A stretch of 64,000 bases of DNA from Octopus vulgaris (GCA_951406725.2 OX597817.1:118296001-118360000); one strand, 5' to 3'. Counted from the stretch's first letter, positions 41,940 through 55,264 are shown. Made by a program: numbers and translations. The notes: a model not told the origin generated them from the letters alone.

Positions 41940-42730
41940 ATTTCAACTAAACGTTGGGAATTTTATCACATCCTCTTAGGTTCTGCACTTACCCGTTTAA
42001 AGATTTTCGTCTGTGACAATCCTTAGATGTCCATGCATCCAAGAAATGTTTCTACATCTCATTCTTATACAGCCGCTTAAATTTCCATTTTATTTTACAT
42101 AGCCCTAGAGGAAAGCATTATCGGGCTATAGTGAAACTGTTTTGTTTGTTCACGTAATCGTTGCTTCTTTCGATAACGAGAAGACTATTAATGATTTAGT
42201 GAGGATATCTCCAGGCTTTCTTTGATTTCATTTTATTCTAGATTTCTGTAGCCTTTGTTTCTTCAACTATTACCATTTGTATATTTACGCTATTGATTTC
42301 ATTACAGATTCAGATATCTCTTCTTTCATTTTTATGTTTCTATGCATGATTATCACAATGTTAGAGTACTTTCAAATATTCTCGTATAAATAGCTCTGAG
42401 GAACTATCTTCATATCTTTGTAACTACTGTGGTTGCTGCACAGATTATTTGATCCATCCTAGTGGTATTTTTCCTAAAGTCTACTTCAGCTAGTTTTTAG
42501 GCTTTCTTTTTCATTGCAGTTGATATTTTATTATTAAATGCTAACCTTAAATGTGTGTGTCGATTACATTATTTATATATTTATTTCTCACTTAAAACTA
42601 TTTTCGTACAATCCTATCTTGTTTTCGATTGTCTCTCATATTTTATTTTAATTATATCTCTGTTTCAGATTTTTGCAAGGTTCTCTCTCAGTTGTTCTTT
42701 CTCTTTTAGACTTTGTTGATTCGGTCAACA
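41940..42730 (-). mobile_element. Decayed LINE RT N-terminal region
   Basis: Minus-strand traces resembling K.PG.D (~42200-42230), YRPI.L (~42111-42135) and F..G.S (~41980-42003), in the expected order. Confidence 0.35.
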
Positions 42731-42876
42731 TTTATTTAATTATTGTGCAATGAACTACATGCAACACACATACACACACACATACATGTACATGTATGTA
42801 GGTATGTATATACATATATACAAATGTGCTTGTATATGTGTTCATGTATATATGTACGAGTGTATATATATATATG

Positions 42877-42932
<56 letters not shown>

Positions 42933-43967
42933 CTAACCATATTCCCTCATTCTTTATTCCACCTTTTTACTTACACTACATCCCTCTCTCTAGCCTTCAC
43001 TTAGGCTTTATCACTACATTCCTCACACTACTCTTTATTCTCTCATCTCTTTACACTCTCATCTCTTTCTCTCTCCCACGCCCTCACCTCTCGCTTCCTT
43101 CTATCAATATCTCCTGACTGACCATTAGCCAGTGCACTTTCTCTCCATTTCTTTATTATCTCCCCCACCTTTTTTCTCTCTCCCTGTTTTTGATTTGTTC
43201 TTACAAACACTTTCCTATCTTTTTAGTCACTTCAAAAAACTCTCGATCGAATAACACCTTTTACAAGACTCTGTTCTTGGAATGACCATTTATAAACACC
43301 ATTAGAACTCACACAGAAGATACAGGAAACTTATACGTATACCATTCTGCTTAAATAATAGAACTGCAGATAAAGTATCCTTACATATCTCACATCTGTT
43401 TTCATCCTGTATTTCATATCTTCACTATAATAACTAGTGCTTAACCATTTTCTTGCACCGCCTCGGAAACAGCTGTAAGAACTCTTTATAAATCTTCGGA
43501 AATCTTTCACAGCCTTAGATTTAATATCTCATTCTGTTAATTTTTTATATATGTGCATGCTAATATAGGAACTATGTTGAACTCCTCATTGGCTTAATCA
43601 CCGAAACTGGAGCGTAACTATAGTCTGTCCATATCACTTACTCAGCATTTGGGTCTTCTTGACACCATTACATCTCATAACCTATGTATATATATATATA
43701 TATATATATATACAGAGAGAGAGAGAGAGAGCGATACACATACATACGCATGCATATCTATATACACCTATGCATGTGCATACATATGCATGTTTGTGGG
43801 TGCGTGTATGAGTGTATGAATGCGTGTGCGTGCGTATATGTTTCTTTACATTTTTGAGATCGATGAAATCAGTCAAATATGTTATCATTTACTTGGAAAA
43901 GATGATAAGGGCTTGTATCGGAACGGGCAAACAAGGAAAAAGGCTAAAAAGAAAGTAAAAAATGAAA

Positions 43968-44001
<34 letters not shown>

Positions 44002-44027
44002 CAAACCACCCACAAGCACACATTAAG

Positions 44028-44087
44028 AGACAGAGATGAGAATTAAGATGCTCTGCATAAACATTCGAAATCACCGGTGATCTGGCT
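44028..44087 (+). ncRNA. Degenerate type I hammerhead ribozyme motif
   Basis: agaca-[GAGATGA]-gaat..attc-GAAA-TCACCGGTGA-TC-tggct. Stem II gaat/attc, palindromic stem III, ATC cleavage triplet, stem I 4 of 5 pairs. Core has two mismatches to CTGANGA. Confidence 0.55.
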
Positions 44088-44235
44088 ATGTCCTCTGAGG
44101 AACGTAGCTCCGTTGTCAGTCATTAAGTGCAATTGTAGCTATTAAGTTCTGTTGACTCTCGTTTATAGCAATGCTGGTACCGCCTAGTACCATGTGTCAC
44201 TTTAGTGATGCCTATAAATTTGCTTTTAGGTGCTC

Positions 44236-44280
44236 GCGACTGAGGAAGGTCCAATTAGCTTGAAACTGAGTCAGTCTCGC
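44236..44280 (+). ncRNA. Type I hammerhead ribozyme motif with complete core
   Basis: gcga-CTGAGGA-aggt(ccaatta)gctt-GAAACTG(AGT)CAGTC-tcgc. Stem I gcga/tcgc, stem II 4 bp with wobbles, stem III ACTG/CAGT, GTC cleavage triplet at 44274-44276. Confidence 0.75.
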
Positions 44281-44674
44281 AATCCTGTTGTCTGCTAGAG
44301 AATGGTTGGAGTTCGCTCCCTCTGCTAGCAATATATATTGTACATAAAGGGTGCAGCGTCGCACCAATAACCAACTCGCGCAATATCTGCCTGAGGTTAA
44401 ACTAATAGTAACACGAAACAGTAACTTTGATGTGATGATTGAGTTTTCTTGTTGGTTTAGTTACTACTCTGATAAAGAAACACATCAAGAAGTGTCAAGC
44501 CGTGAACTTCAAGAAAGCACCAATGACAGTAGGATGGAAGTATCCGAAGCAGATTGGTCGCGTTAGCCACAACCGTCCACTCATGCCACCGTCCTTCTTC
44601 CTCCCCCGTCCCTTTCCACCTCGAATACACTTCTGGGTCACAAACGTTTTCCAACTTCCGCTTTTCCGAATGGC

Positions 44675-44704
44675 CTGAAGAAGAGGTCTTCAACTCGAAA
44701 TGTA
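44675..44704 (+). ncRNA. Minimal hammerhead-like motif, stem I lost
   Basis: CTGAAGA-A-GAG(gtcttcaa)CTC-GAAA-TG-TA; no convincing stem I. Confidence 0.4.
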
Positions 44705-44970
44705 GAAATACAAGTTAAAATTGCAACCTTGTCTTGTTTTGTTTTCAATTTCTAGTCTATTTGTATCTTCTCGCAATGTTCCGACTTTACAGAAATGTTT
44801 GATATTTAATTTCATATATATTTGTATGTGTGTGTCTATGTGTGTTTGTATGTGTATACGTGTGCGTATGTATGCGTGAGTATGTATCAGATAGTAAATG
44901 TGAGTGCTCGAGAGATGAGGTGTGAATGAAAGAGAGAGAATGACAGTCTCCATGGCTTTAGAAATAGTTA

Positions 44971-45199
44971 TACTCTTTTACTTGTTTCAGTCATTTGACT
45001 GTGACCATGCTGGAGCACCGCCTTTAGTCGAGCAAATCGACCCCAGGAATTATTCTTTGTAAGCCTAGTACTTATTCTATTGGTCTCTTTTGCCGATCCG
45101 CTTAGTTACGGAGACGCAAAAACACCAGCATCTGTTGTCAAGCGATGTTGGGGGGACAAACATAGACACACAAACACACACACACACACACATATATAC

Positions 45200-45230
<31 letters not shown>

Positions 45231-45394
45231 CGACTGGCTTTTTTCAGTTTCCGTCTAGCAATTCCATTCACAAGGCTTTGGTCAGCCCGAGGCTATAGTA
45301 GAAGACACTTGCCCAAGGTGCCACGCAGTGGGATTGAACCCGGAACCATGTGGTTGGTAAGCAAGCTACTTGCCACACAGGCACTCCTGCGCCT
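44971..45394 (-). mobile_element. SINE family A, full length, young copy
   Basis: Complete tRNA-like head (reverse complement ggcgcaggagtgcctgtgtggcaag...ggttccgggttcaatccc), central microsatellite and 3' ...gactgaaacaagtaaaagagta. Confidence 0.92.
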
Positions 45395-45487
45395 TCTCAA
45401 TATTTCTAACTTGAACGATTTTATTTTTCTGGTTTGGATTTGACTAGTTTCTTTATATTTGACTATGTTGTTTATATTTTAGTTAAT

Positions 45488-46017
45488 ATATATATTTTTT
45501 AATATATTTAACAATTAAGGGTAGAAATTGATATTAGTCAATTAAAACCAGTGGTCTAACACATTAAAAAAATTCCGAAGATTATAATATTTATATATAC
45601 CAATTAAGGACTGAACACGAAAATGTGGACAGTCAACATGCTAGATATAGACGCCAAATCGCCATTCTCCACAAAGATTATGTTCTCAAATAAAAATAAA
45701 AATTCAGCACGACCAGAAGCAATGGGTGAGACAAAAGAAATATACTAAATGGAATAATTACCTACGTACTGCAGTTTCAGCTATTAATATCACAAGGATA
45801 TCCTTGTGATATTAATAGCTGAAACTGCAGTACGTAGGTAATTATTCCATTTAGTATATTTCTTTTGTCTCACCCATTGCTTCTGGTCGTGCTGAATTTT
45901 TATTTTTATTTGAGAACATAATCTTTGTGGAGAATGGCGATTTGGCGTCTATATCTAGCATGTTGACTGTCCACATTTTCGTGTTCAGTCCTTAATTGGT
46001 ATTTTTTAATATATATA

Positions 46018-46048
<31 letters not shown>

Positions 46049-46053
46049 TTTAG
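45488..46053 (-). mobile_element. Fold-back element containing a perfect 406-bp palindrome (45597-46002), flanked by a 29-bp direct repeat
   Basis: Centre aaggat|atcctt at 45799/45800 with no spacer and no mismatch seen by eye. ttgactatgttgtttatattttagttaat at 45459-45487 and 46054-46082. HHR 3' half GAAAC-TGCA-GTA at 45821-45832 and its mirror. Confidence 0.8.
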
Positions 46054-48224
46054 TTGACTATGTTGTTTATATTTTAGTTAATTATTTTAAACACTTTAAT
46101 ATGTAAAATTTAATTAATGGCGACAGAAGCAGTAGTAATACCAAACCGTAATATTCATCCCAACTTAAAAGAAGATGTTATGATATAACACAGAATAATT
46201 ACGATAGTTGCCATGACAGGATTTCTCATGAGTAGAATGGGACTAGCTTTACTATGTCTTTTATTTCCTGTGGTTAACTATTTTTTCACGCATTGCCCGT
46301 TTGTTTTGATATTCCCATTTTGTTTCTGTAACTAATATTCTATTATTTCGAGAAAGAAATTAAAGCTTCTTTGTTCTTCAGATGTTATCTGTGCCTCCTG
46401 TAATAGACATAATTGTGGGATATCTTAGAGCTGGCTCTTTATTTTAATTGTCTTCAATTCATGGGCATCGATTTATATTTCTCTCTGGAGATAGAGACTT
46501 TTATAAACATATATTTTTATTTTGCTCTCTAGGCCTCAAATATAAAATATTTCATTTTCATGCGGGACCAATTGGCACAGATATCATTTGTATTTTTGTC
46601 ATATATTTCACCAAGTAGTTCATGGTGGCGTATTAACTTGAGTGCCATCAGTGTGTTTACTCTTTGAGGTTAATCGACTGTCCATGATATATTTATAAGA
46701 TATGACAAAGTAACAAAATGGCGATACTGCTCACTTTTCTTAATGCTTCACGCTTGCAGATATGATTTAGTAGTTGTCGCAGTATTCTCAATGGCGTTTT
46801 ATATCGTTTCAGTCAGGTTAATTGTTATTTTATGAAACCATGAAGCGGCCATGAATATAAGATTTCGTCCCCTGTGAAAGTCTTGTTTTTACTTCTGTAA
46901 CGATTGTGTCCTTAGAATTAAAACATTCTCCTGCATTCCACAGTACTAAGTTCCTTCTGAAACACGAAAATGAAATAATAGTGTGATTATCAGAATCTTT
47001 ATTTTAAACCAATTTTGCACACAATGTATGTAAATACTCGGTTACTGGCTTTGGATTGTGGATACAGGATTAACAGGGATATTTTTAGTTCGGTTCGTTT
47101 CCCTTGTAAATGTATGTAAGAATTGCTGTTTTCTAGAAACAACCATAGAAACAAACGCGTTATCATTACTATAATTTCTTTTCATTTGTGTATGCAATAG
47201 TCTGGATTTGCAAACATTTTCCAGCTTCGCGTTATAAGCTTGTATACGGCTATGGATTGCGCACATAGACGATTTATAAATGTTGACGACTTTGTCTTTT
47301 AACGTAGCATTAGGTTGGATATCATACTGCTCATTCTCTCTTTCTCTCTCTTTGTACATCACAATGTATTTACTCTCCGCTGCACTTTCTATTCTGTTAT
47401 TATACCTATCTCAGATGGTTGTTATTTAATGTTACAAATTTGTTCCATAAAGGTAGCTTAGTTTTATCTCCTGTCAAGCGATAGTTTTCTGCTGGCTAGG
47501 ACAGAGTTACAAAATAGGTTTTATGATACATCTTACGATTAGTAAGATTGGCCAATGAAATAGAGGGAGTTGAACTCCGACCACTGGCACAACCCGAATG
47601 ATTGCAAAGTATTATATTCCGTTAAACACACCCAAAGACCAGTTGATGCCTATTATGTAGATGGTCGTTGTAAATTCCTCTCTAGAGGTTATTCTCAGCT
47701 GGCCTTGCAGAAAGATATTTTATGCCATACCTGATTCACAACACTCTGGTTGAATTGAGACTTTAGTAATAAAAAGAAACACATGTGCGCAGTTCACCAT
47801 GCAGTGACATCAAACATGTCTTCACATAAGAAGTTCCATTTGCCATACAATCAGTATATCATGTGCATGTTTGTGAACATTTTAATCATGAACTATTGAA
47901 GACTATTGGGTTCACGAGCACCCACTTTTCATATTTTATGAAGCATCATCACTATCATTATTGTTCCTATTGTTGTTGTTGTCGTCATCGTTGTTGTTTC
48001 AGATTTGGTCTTATTAGTAGCATTTCGTCTGTCTTAAAGTTCTGAGTTCAAATTCCTCGGAGGTCGACTTTGCTTTTCATCTTTTCGGTGTCGAGAAAAT
48101 AAGTAGTAGTTGAACACTCGGGTCGATGTACCCTGTTCTACAATTGCTGACCTTGTACCACAATTTATAACCATTATTATAATTATTGTCATCCTCACTA
48201 GTCGAAAAAGCAGCAACAGCAACG

Positions 48225-48277
<53 letters not shown>

Positions 48278-48320
48278 GGTGGTGGTGGTGGTGGTGGTGG
48301 TGGTGGTGGTGGTGGTGGTG

Positions 48321-48382
<62 letters not shown>

Positions 48383-48399
48383 CGTAGTAGTAGTAGTAA
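48225..48399. repeat. (GTA)n(GTG)n(GTA)n trinucleotide array, probable tail of the adjacent minus-strand SINE
   Basis: Directly visible; abuts the 3' end of the SINE at 48411-48790. Confidence 0.9.
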
Positions 48400-48410
48400 T
48401 TCATTTCTAT

Positions 48411-48790
48411 GTGGCACTCCGCCGGTTGCGACGACAAGGGTTCCAGTTGACCCGGTCAACGGAACGGCCTGCTCATGAAATAAATATGCAAGTGGCTGAG
48501 CACTCCACAGACACGTGTATCCTTAATGTAGCTCTCAGGGAGTTTCAGCATGACACAGAGTGTGACAAGGCTGATCCTTTGAAATATACGTACAACAGAA
48601 ACAGGAATAAAGAGTGACAGAAAGTTGTGATGAAAGAGTACAGCAGGGTTCATAATCATCCCCTGTCGGAACCTCATGAAGCTTTAGGTGTTTTTGCTCA
48701 ATAAACACTCACAACGCCCGGTCTGGGAATCGAAACCGCGATCCTACCACCGCGAGTCCGCTGCCGTAACCACTGGACCATTGCGCCTCC
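48411..48790 (-). mobile_element. SINE family C (tRNA-derived), full length
   Basis: Reverse complement begins ggcgcaatggtccagtggttacggcagcggactcgcgg...ggtttcgattcccagacc (A and B boxes). Same head as 54318. Confidence 0.9.
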
Positions 48791-49995
48791 ACCAGGCATT
48801 TCTTACACGGCTCATAAACCCATAAATTTCTACCTCTTCAGATAACCAAATAAAATATTCATTTTCTGCAATGGCAAAAATTATCATTTTGTGATTAAAA
48901 CTACTGGACAAATGTAAACTATATATGAGAATGTATTGTCGCAGTAAATCCAGAGAAATTGTAGCTTAAATATGCTGAAAACTTTGGCATATAATCAAAA
49001 GCAAGAAGCAGCTTAAGATTAATTCAAAGTAAATGACATTTTTCCGATGCTGAGTTGAATGGATAAACTGGCAAAGTTCCTATCATGGAGATGTGATGCG
49101 AAGCCAACTAGGATTGGTATGATATTCCTGCCCTGACAGCAATAGTTAACATTGTAAACATCATTGATTTGTAAGCGTCGCATAGACAGCATATTTGAGA
49201 TGTACGGCAATATTTTAAAATAATTTTACTTAAAGCAATGGATAGGAATTTTCTACAAAATCTAAAAACATCTCAATTTAACTTCGATCATTTTCAAAGC
49301 ACTTTATTTTTAGGAAATAAGAATTAAATTCCTTAATTTACAAATACGTGTGGCTTTGATTGATTTCTTTATTAAGATTCTGGCAGATACAGATTGGAAC
49401 ATGAAAGGGCATGGCAAAATCAATTCAATAAGAAATGCTTTAGTAGAAAATAATTGTGCAGCAACTGTTATTCTCATAATCAAAATTTTTATTGAAAATA
49501 AGAGGCACATTATTAATAAATGCTATTTAGGGGCTTCTTTATGTTACTTTATCTAATATTATTTCTATTTCTAGTAGTAGTCATTATATTTCTCTTTATC
49601 TAACAGGATTTGGGTATTTTTTGGAGGTTAGGACATGCAGTATAATGTATGTGCTTACAACTATGTAGCTATATATAATGCATACCACTAATTGATTAGT
49701 TGCACACAAAATACAAATAATTTCAGCAGTAAAAGAAGAAATCTCTTCACAGCCCGTAACACATAAATGCACAAATGCACACACGCGCACAGAGACAGAC
49801 AAACACATCCACTTAGAGGCAAACACAAATGCATAGATACATGCATATTAGGTAGTTGTCGATTCGTAGACGAGGATGATCATCATTGACAAATTGCCTT
49901 AAGCTAAATGTTAAAGATAATGGCTGTCAGCGATTCCTATACAGAAACTCAGAGTCAATAACAACTTACACACACATATACATACACGCTTACAT

Positions 49996-50092
<97 letters not shown>

Positions 50093-50093
<1 letters not shown>

Positions 50094-50990
50094 AAGAAAA
50101 AAGCAACAAGAATGGATCAATATTTCAGTACAATTGTTTCGTACGAAGACAGCTTTATTAAGGCTGCAAATATTGCAGTAAATATAAGTGACCCATACTC
50201 ATCAACCGAAAAAACATATGAGTTCTCCAAACATCTAAGGGGGTGATGTTACACTCCTGAAACATCAGGAATAGTTCTATAAAAATAAGATTTAGGTAAC
50301 AAACGGACTTCCCGTCTCAGTTACCCCAATATACCCTATGTGAGGGATTGTCTCTACGCTTCACTAACCTTCCTTCAACAGATTTAATTCTAACATAGCA
50401 GTTTGGAGAAATTCTCAGAAATGTAACAAGTATATCATCACACATCAGGAAACACATTTTATTATGGACTAATTATGGATAAATGCATCTTCTGTGAGTA
50501 TGTTACCTCTCCTCATATATCCAGAAATCAAACTTACTTCGATATGGATGGATTTACATTTTAATTTTCATTTTCTGGGAAACTAAGAGGTTTTTAAAAT
50601 ACTTTTTTAAAACCCGTTATATGACTGTGCAACACTAAAAGAACTTTTAGAAGTCCGTTTGTTACCTAAATCTTATTTTTATAGAACTATTCCTGATGTT
50701 TCAGGAGTGTAACATCACCCCCTTAGATGTTTGGAGAACTCAGATATTTTTTTCGGCTGATGAATACGGGTCATTTATATTTACTGCAATATTTGCAGCC
50801 TTAATAAAGCTGTCTTCGTACGAAACAATTGTACCGAAATATTGATCCATTCTTGTTGCCTTTTTCTTATTTATAATCACCCCGCATTATTTTATGGTTA
50901 ACACCATATAGATTCCTGGTGCATCTAAGTTAAGTATCGCATTCATGTGAATTCAACAGAACTCACTTGAATCTTAATTGCTTTTACTGT
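50093..50990 (+). mobile_element. PLE-type fold-back element (inverted pLTR, spacer, pLTR, tail) between (TA)n tracts
   Basis: Arms 50093-50311 and 50650-50869 are reverse complements with a few substitutions. Each arm contains an HHR motif. Tail runs to a short (TA)n at ~50990. Confidence 0.85.
50751..50839 (+). ncRNA. Minimal type I hammerhead ribozyme
   Basis: tttcgg-CTGATGA-atacg...cgtac-GAAAC-AATT-GTA-ccgaaa. 6-bp stem I, stem II with long loop, palindromic AATT loop III, GTA cleavage at 50831-50833. The inverted arm has G at the mismatched first stem II position. Confidence 0.85.
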
Positions 50991-52659
50991 ATATATATAT
51001 AATCGCTTCACGCATGTAAGGCAGAGGCAAAAATATTAAATAGTTAAATATCAGATATCTATGAAGAATTTAATCAAACGAATAACTAAATGTTAAACTT
51101 AGGAAAATCATGCTACCTTGTCGCAATAGTATTGGTCGGCCACTTATGAAATGCCTTGCTTAACGAGTATAATACAATAACCCATTCCTAATTTTTAGTT
51201 AACGGAATAATTTAGTAAAGATGATCATCAAATTGCAAATTCCAACCATTAAAGGAGGTGGAAAGAAATTGTACTCATGCCATTAGCAAGAGTTTCATAG
51301 TCTTGTTTTAAGTACATTATTAAAAGAGCTCTAGAATTTAAAAGAGTTTGCAACAGAAGTGATCAATGGTTTTATGACAACATTTCTTTGAAAATCCCTT
51401 TTTATGTGCCGCTGTTTTTTGTTCGTGGAACTGTTTATAACTATAGTATAACATTATCAATTCACTACACGAATGCAGTGAATGTCATTCAAGTGTGCTA
51501 TATTGAAAAGGTCTATGCAAAATCGTATCCTAACACACGATGATTGCTTGAAATATCATAAAGCTATAGATACATAATATAATATATATATATATATAAT
51601 AACAAACTTTATTATGGCATTTCAATCTCAAAGAAAATTATGACAGTGTTGCCAGAGGAAATTTTATAAAACATCGTATATCTTTAATATCGAACAAAAA
51701 TAACCCAATTATGTTTTTGTCTATGATGTTTAGGAGAAATATATTGCTTGTTTGTCAATGATGTTTGATGTTTATACAAAAACAGTTTTTAAAAAATAGA
51801 GCTTATCTTGGTCAAGGATATTTGGAGAATATAGATTATTCTAAGCTCTCCTTTTCATCACAGATTCAAATAAAAATGAAGGTGAAAGAATTTGCTTGGA
51901 GCAAATATTAATAGATATCGTTAAAACTGTAAAATATTGGAGTTCCATCCACTAACGATAAAATATATTGTTTGCGTGTAGGGAGAAGAGAAGGGATCCG
52001 ATAATTTTAGAGAAAAAAATACAATTACTAAACAAATAAAAGAGAAAATAAAATTAAGGGTGAAGGTAAGAACAATTAGTAATGATAATATTTGCTATGT
52101 ACCGATAAAGAATTCCAAATATAAATATGAAATGTTATTGAAATCCATTTTAAAACTCTATAAGACTCACATTTCTTTGACAGTATTTCAAAATGAAAGA
52201 TCTCATAAACTTATATTTCAGATTTTTAAGCAAACGTTAACGAAAAACAGCGTAGTGATGATATCTAAATTGTTGACATGAAGTATAGGAATTATAGCAA
52301 AATACAGAAAATATTGAATGATTCTGACAATGAGCGCGTTGAATTATTTTATATCCCTCTTGGATTCGAGTTAAATGTCTTCCTCTCTCTCCAATATTGT
52401 GTTAATGAGAAATATATATATTTCTAAGAAAAAGTGTGTACACACACATATATACACATATACATACATATATATATATAGAGAGAGATATATATAGATA
52501 TATATATATACAGATATATATATATACATAAATATATATATATATATACAAATTGAGAAAGGGGTTGTAAATGCAACCCTCTATGGGATAACGTATATCC
52601 AATATACTTATCTTGTATATATATATATATATATACATAAATATATACTTATATATATA

Positions 52660-52723
<64 letters not shown>

Positions 52724-53346
52724 TACTGGCAAAATACCTTGATATTCGATTGGTTTATTGATATACGCAGGTATATATTATATACGCATACTTAAACAGA
52801 CAACTACATACACACGCAAATATATAATGACATAGTCCGTTTCCGATAACACAGTGCATCTTAAATTCTCATGTGTATCTTATGCTACACATTCATTAGA
52901 ATACAAACGTAAATCAATTTTAAAAATATCCCGAAGCAAATTGCTTGCTTCCATTCTTGCAATATGGGTTAAGAATTTAGGGATAATTCGATACAAATAA
53001 AACATTGTTGAAATTAAGATATTTTCCTTGCGTGATTATAAATAGAGAATGCGAAAAACTGTAAAATCCTGATAAAGAAAGCAAGTGAGGTGAGAACAGA
53101 TAATGGAACTGTAACGGCAAAAAACTATATTATTATTTGTAACGTAATATATAAGTGTTAAAATTTAAAGTAACGACAAGTATATTATTATTTTCAACTC
53201 TTTGATTTGGGTAGATCATAATTTCAGAAATTATTCCTAACATTCCCAGATCTCCTATCTTATAACTCTCATATTCTATATTTATAAACGTCTAAGGGGA
53301 ATAAAACATCCCTAATAATATACACACACACATATATATACACACT

Positions 53347-53384
<38 letters not shown>

Positions 53385-54317
53385 CATATACATGTTCATA
53401 TATTCACACATATAAAAATATGATGAAGGATGAGGAGAATCAGATACAGCTCATAACATGCACTCTCTAGAGAACTCGGTTATTAGTTAACACAGTAATT
53501 AAGTATAAGATTCGGACTAAATATTACTAAGTAACTAAAAGCCCAGAAAACACTGCAATAATATTAATGTGTGAGCGAAAAGATGTTAATTTCAGTGTGA
53601 TTACTAGTTTATAGCAATTTACATTCAGTTATCTCGTTAACGGTGATTTTAAATTGCAAAATATTTGCATATACTTCATAAACGCCTTACATACTTATAC
53701 CTACACATACAATTGCATAGTAACATAATGATATGCCAAATAGAACTGCTCTTCAGAATAAATATTTGAGAAATTAAATTTTACGTTGATACATTGCCAT
53801 CTGTGTGTGGTTGTATATCTTTTATACGTTCATGTCGGCATGGTCATATAATAAGCAACAAGCAAAGAAAAAGAACAAAAGGTCCTGAAGATCGTTCATG
53901 CCAAACGCCAGACAAAGAGTTAGTGAGTTTTAAACTATCGTCATTCATTCGACCTTAAAACACACCCATATACTTATAGGCTTATATGAGTGTTTTGTAC
54001 ACACACTTTAAAATAATTCATCCGGTTTATCCATATGCATATATGAGAATCTAACAATACTCCTACATACGCAAGCACAATAGTATATGCAGACGCCCTC
54101 ATGTAAGTATACATACCCATATATCCATATACACAGCTATATAGATATCCCTACGTAAGCATATTTATAAACGCATAGCCAAATAGCACATGTGCACACT
54201 CCCTTATATGTATATATATATATACATGCATATTTGCATGTGCACATATACATACACGGCAAGATATTAGGTTGAATATATGGTCAATATTGGATTTTGT
54301 AATTATGTATATATATA

Positions 54318-54545
54318 GGCGCAATGGCCTAGTGGTTAGGGCAGCGGACTCGCGGTCGCAGGATCGAGGTTTCGATTCTCAGACTGGGTGTTGTGTGTGT
54401 TTATTGAGCGAAAACACCTAAAAGCTCTACGAGGCTCTGGCAGGGGGTGGTGATCCCTGCTGTACTCTTTCACCACAATGGCGGTGCCCCAGCATGGCCA
54501 CAGCTCAAGAGCTGAAACTGGAAAAACAAAAACAAAACAAAAATA
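54318..54545 (+). mobile_element. Chimeric SINE: family C 5' part joined to a family-A-like 3' module
   Basis: Matches the 48411-48790 element up to ...ctttcaccacaa (~54478), then switches to tggcggtgccccagcatggccacagctcaagagctgaaact and an A-rich tail. The same module occurs alone at ~57448-57500 (+) and ~60838-60881 (-). Confidence 0.75.
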
Positions 54546-54603
54546 TATATTTACACTTACACACATATATATACATATATATACATATAGATATATATAT
54601 ATA

Positions 54604-54634
<31 letters not shown>

Positions 54635-54635
<1 letters not shown>

Positions 54636-54772
54636 ACAGAAACAAGATCATAAAACAAAAACTGAGAAAACGAACTTTTTCGAACAACGAAAGAAACAAA
54701 TAGAGAAACGAGACAGGCAACATAACGAACATTCCCTTCATCAGTTGTCCCCTGTTTTATCTACTCCGCGTA
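54635..54772 (-). mobile_element. Probable PLE pLTR fragment inside a microsatellite
   Basis: Unique insert between (TA)n and (TATG)n. Minus strand reads ggggacaa-CTGATGA-aggg...ttcGAAA, with no convincing stems. Confidence 0.35.
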
Positions 54773-55209
54773 GGTAAATGCATGTACGTATGTATGTATG
54801 TATGTATGTATGTATGTATGTATGTATGTATGTATCTATGTATATATGTATATATGATCTGTATTCGCTTAATAGCAAAAGTGAAGATGGAGAGTTGAAA
54901 GTTGATTTTATTTATTATAAAATGATGTTTCATACTTCCTACAGCTCATTCAATTGCGTTTATTGAATAAATTACAAATTTATGGTCTATATTTGCATTT
55001 ATAAGGTACAATGAGGGAAAAGAGATATACAGTACCATTAGAGAAAACGATATACAATAAAAGATTACAAGTTGACAATTGAAACGGCTGTAGGGTGTAT
55101 GATGTGTTATACAATTACCTACTGATTTGGGGAAATTTTATTTCCCCAAAATATATTTGGTTTTGAACCAGTGTTTTCTTGGATGTAATCATCCCTTTAT
55201 GAGATTAAT

Positions 55210-55264
<55 letters not shown>

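Noticed and set aside
48034-48677. Poly-S/G, poly-V, poly-L/P and poly-Y/H ORFs
   Set aside because: All derive from one (GTA)n(GTG)n array flanked by SINE sequence.
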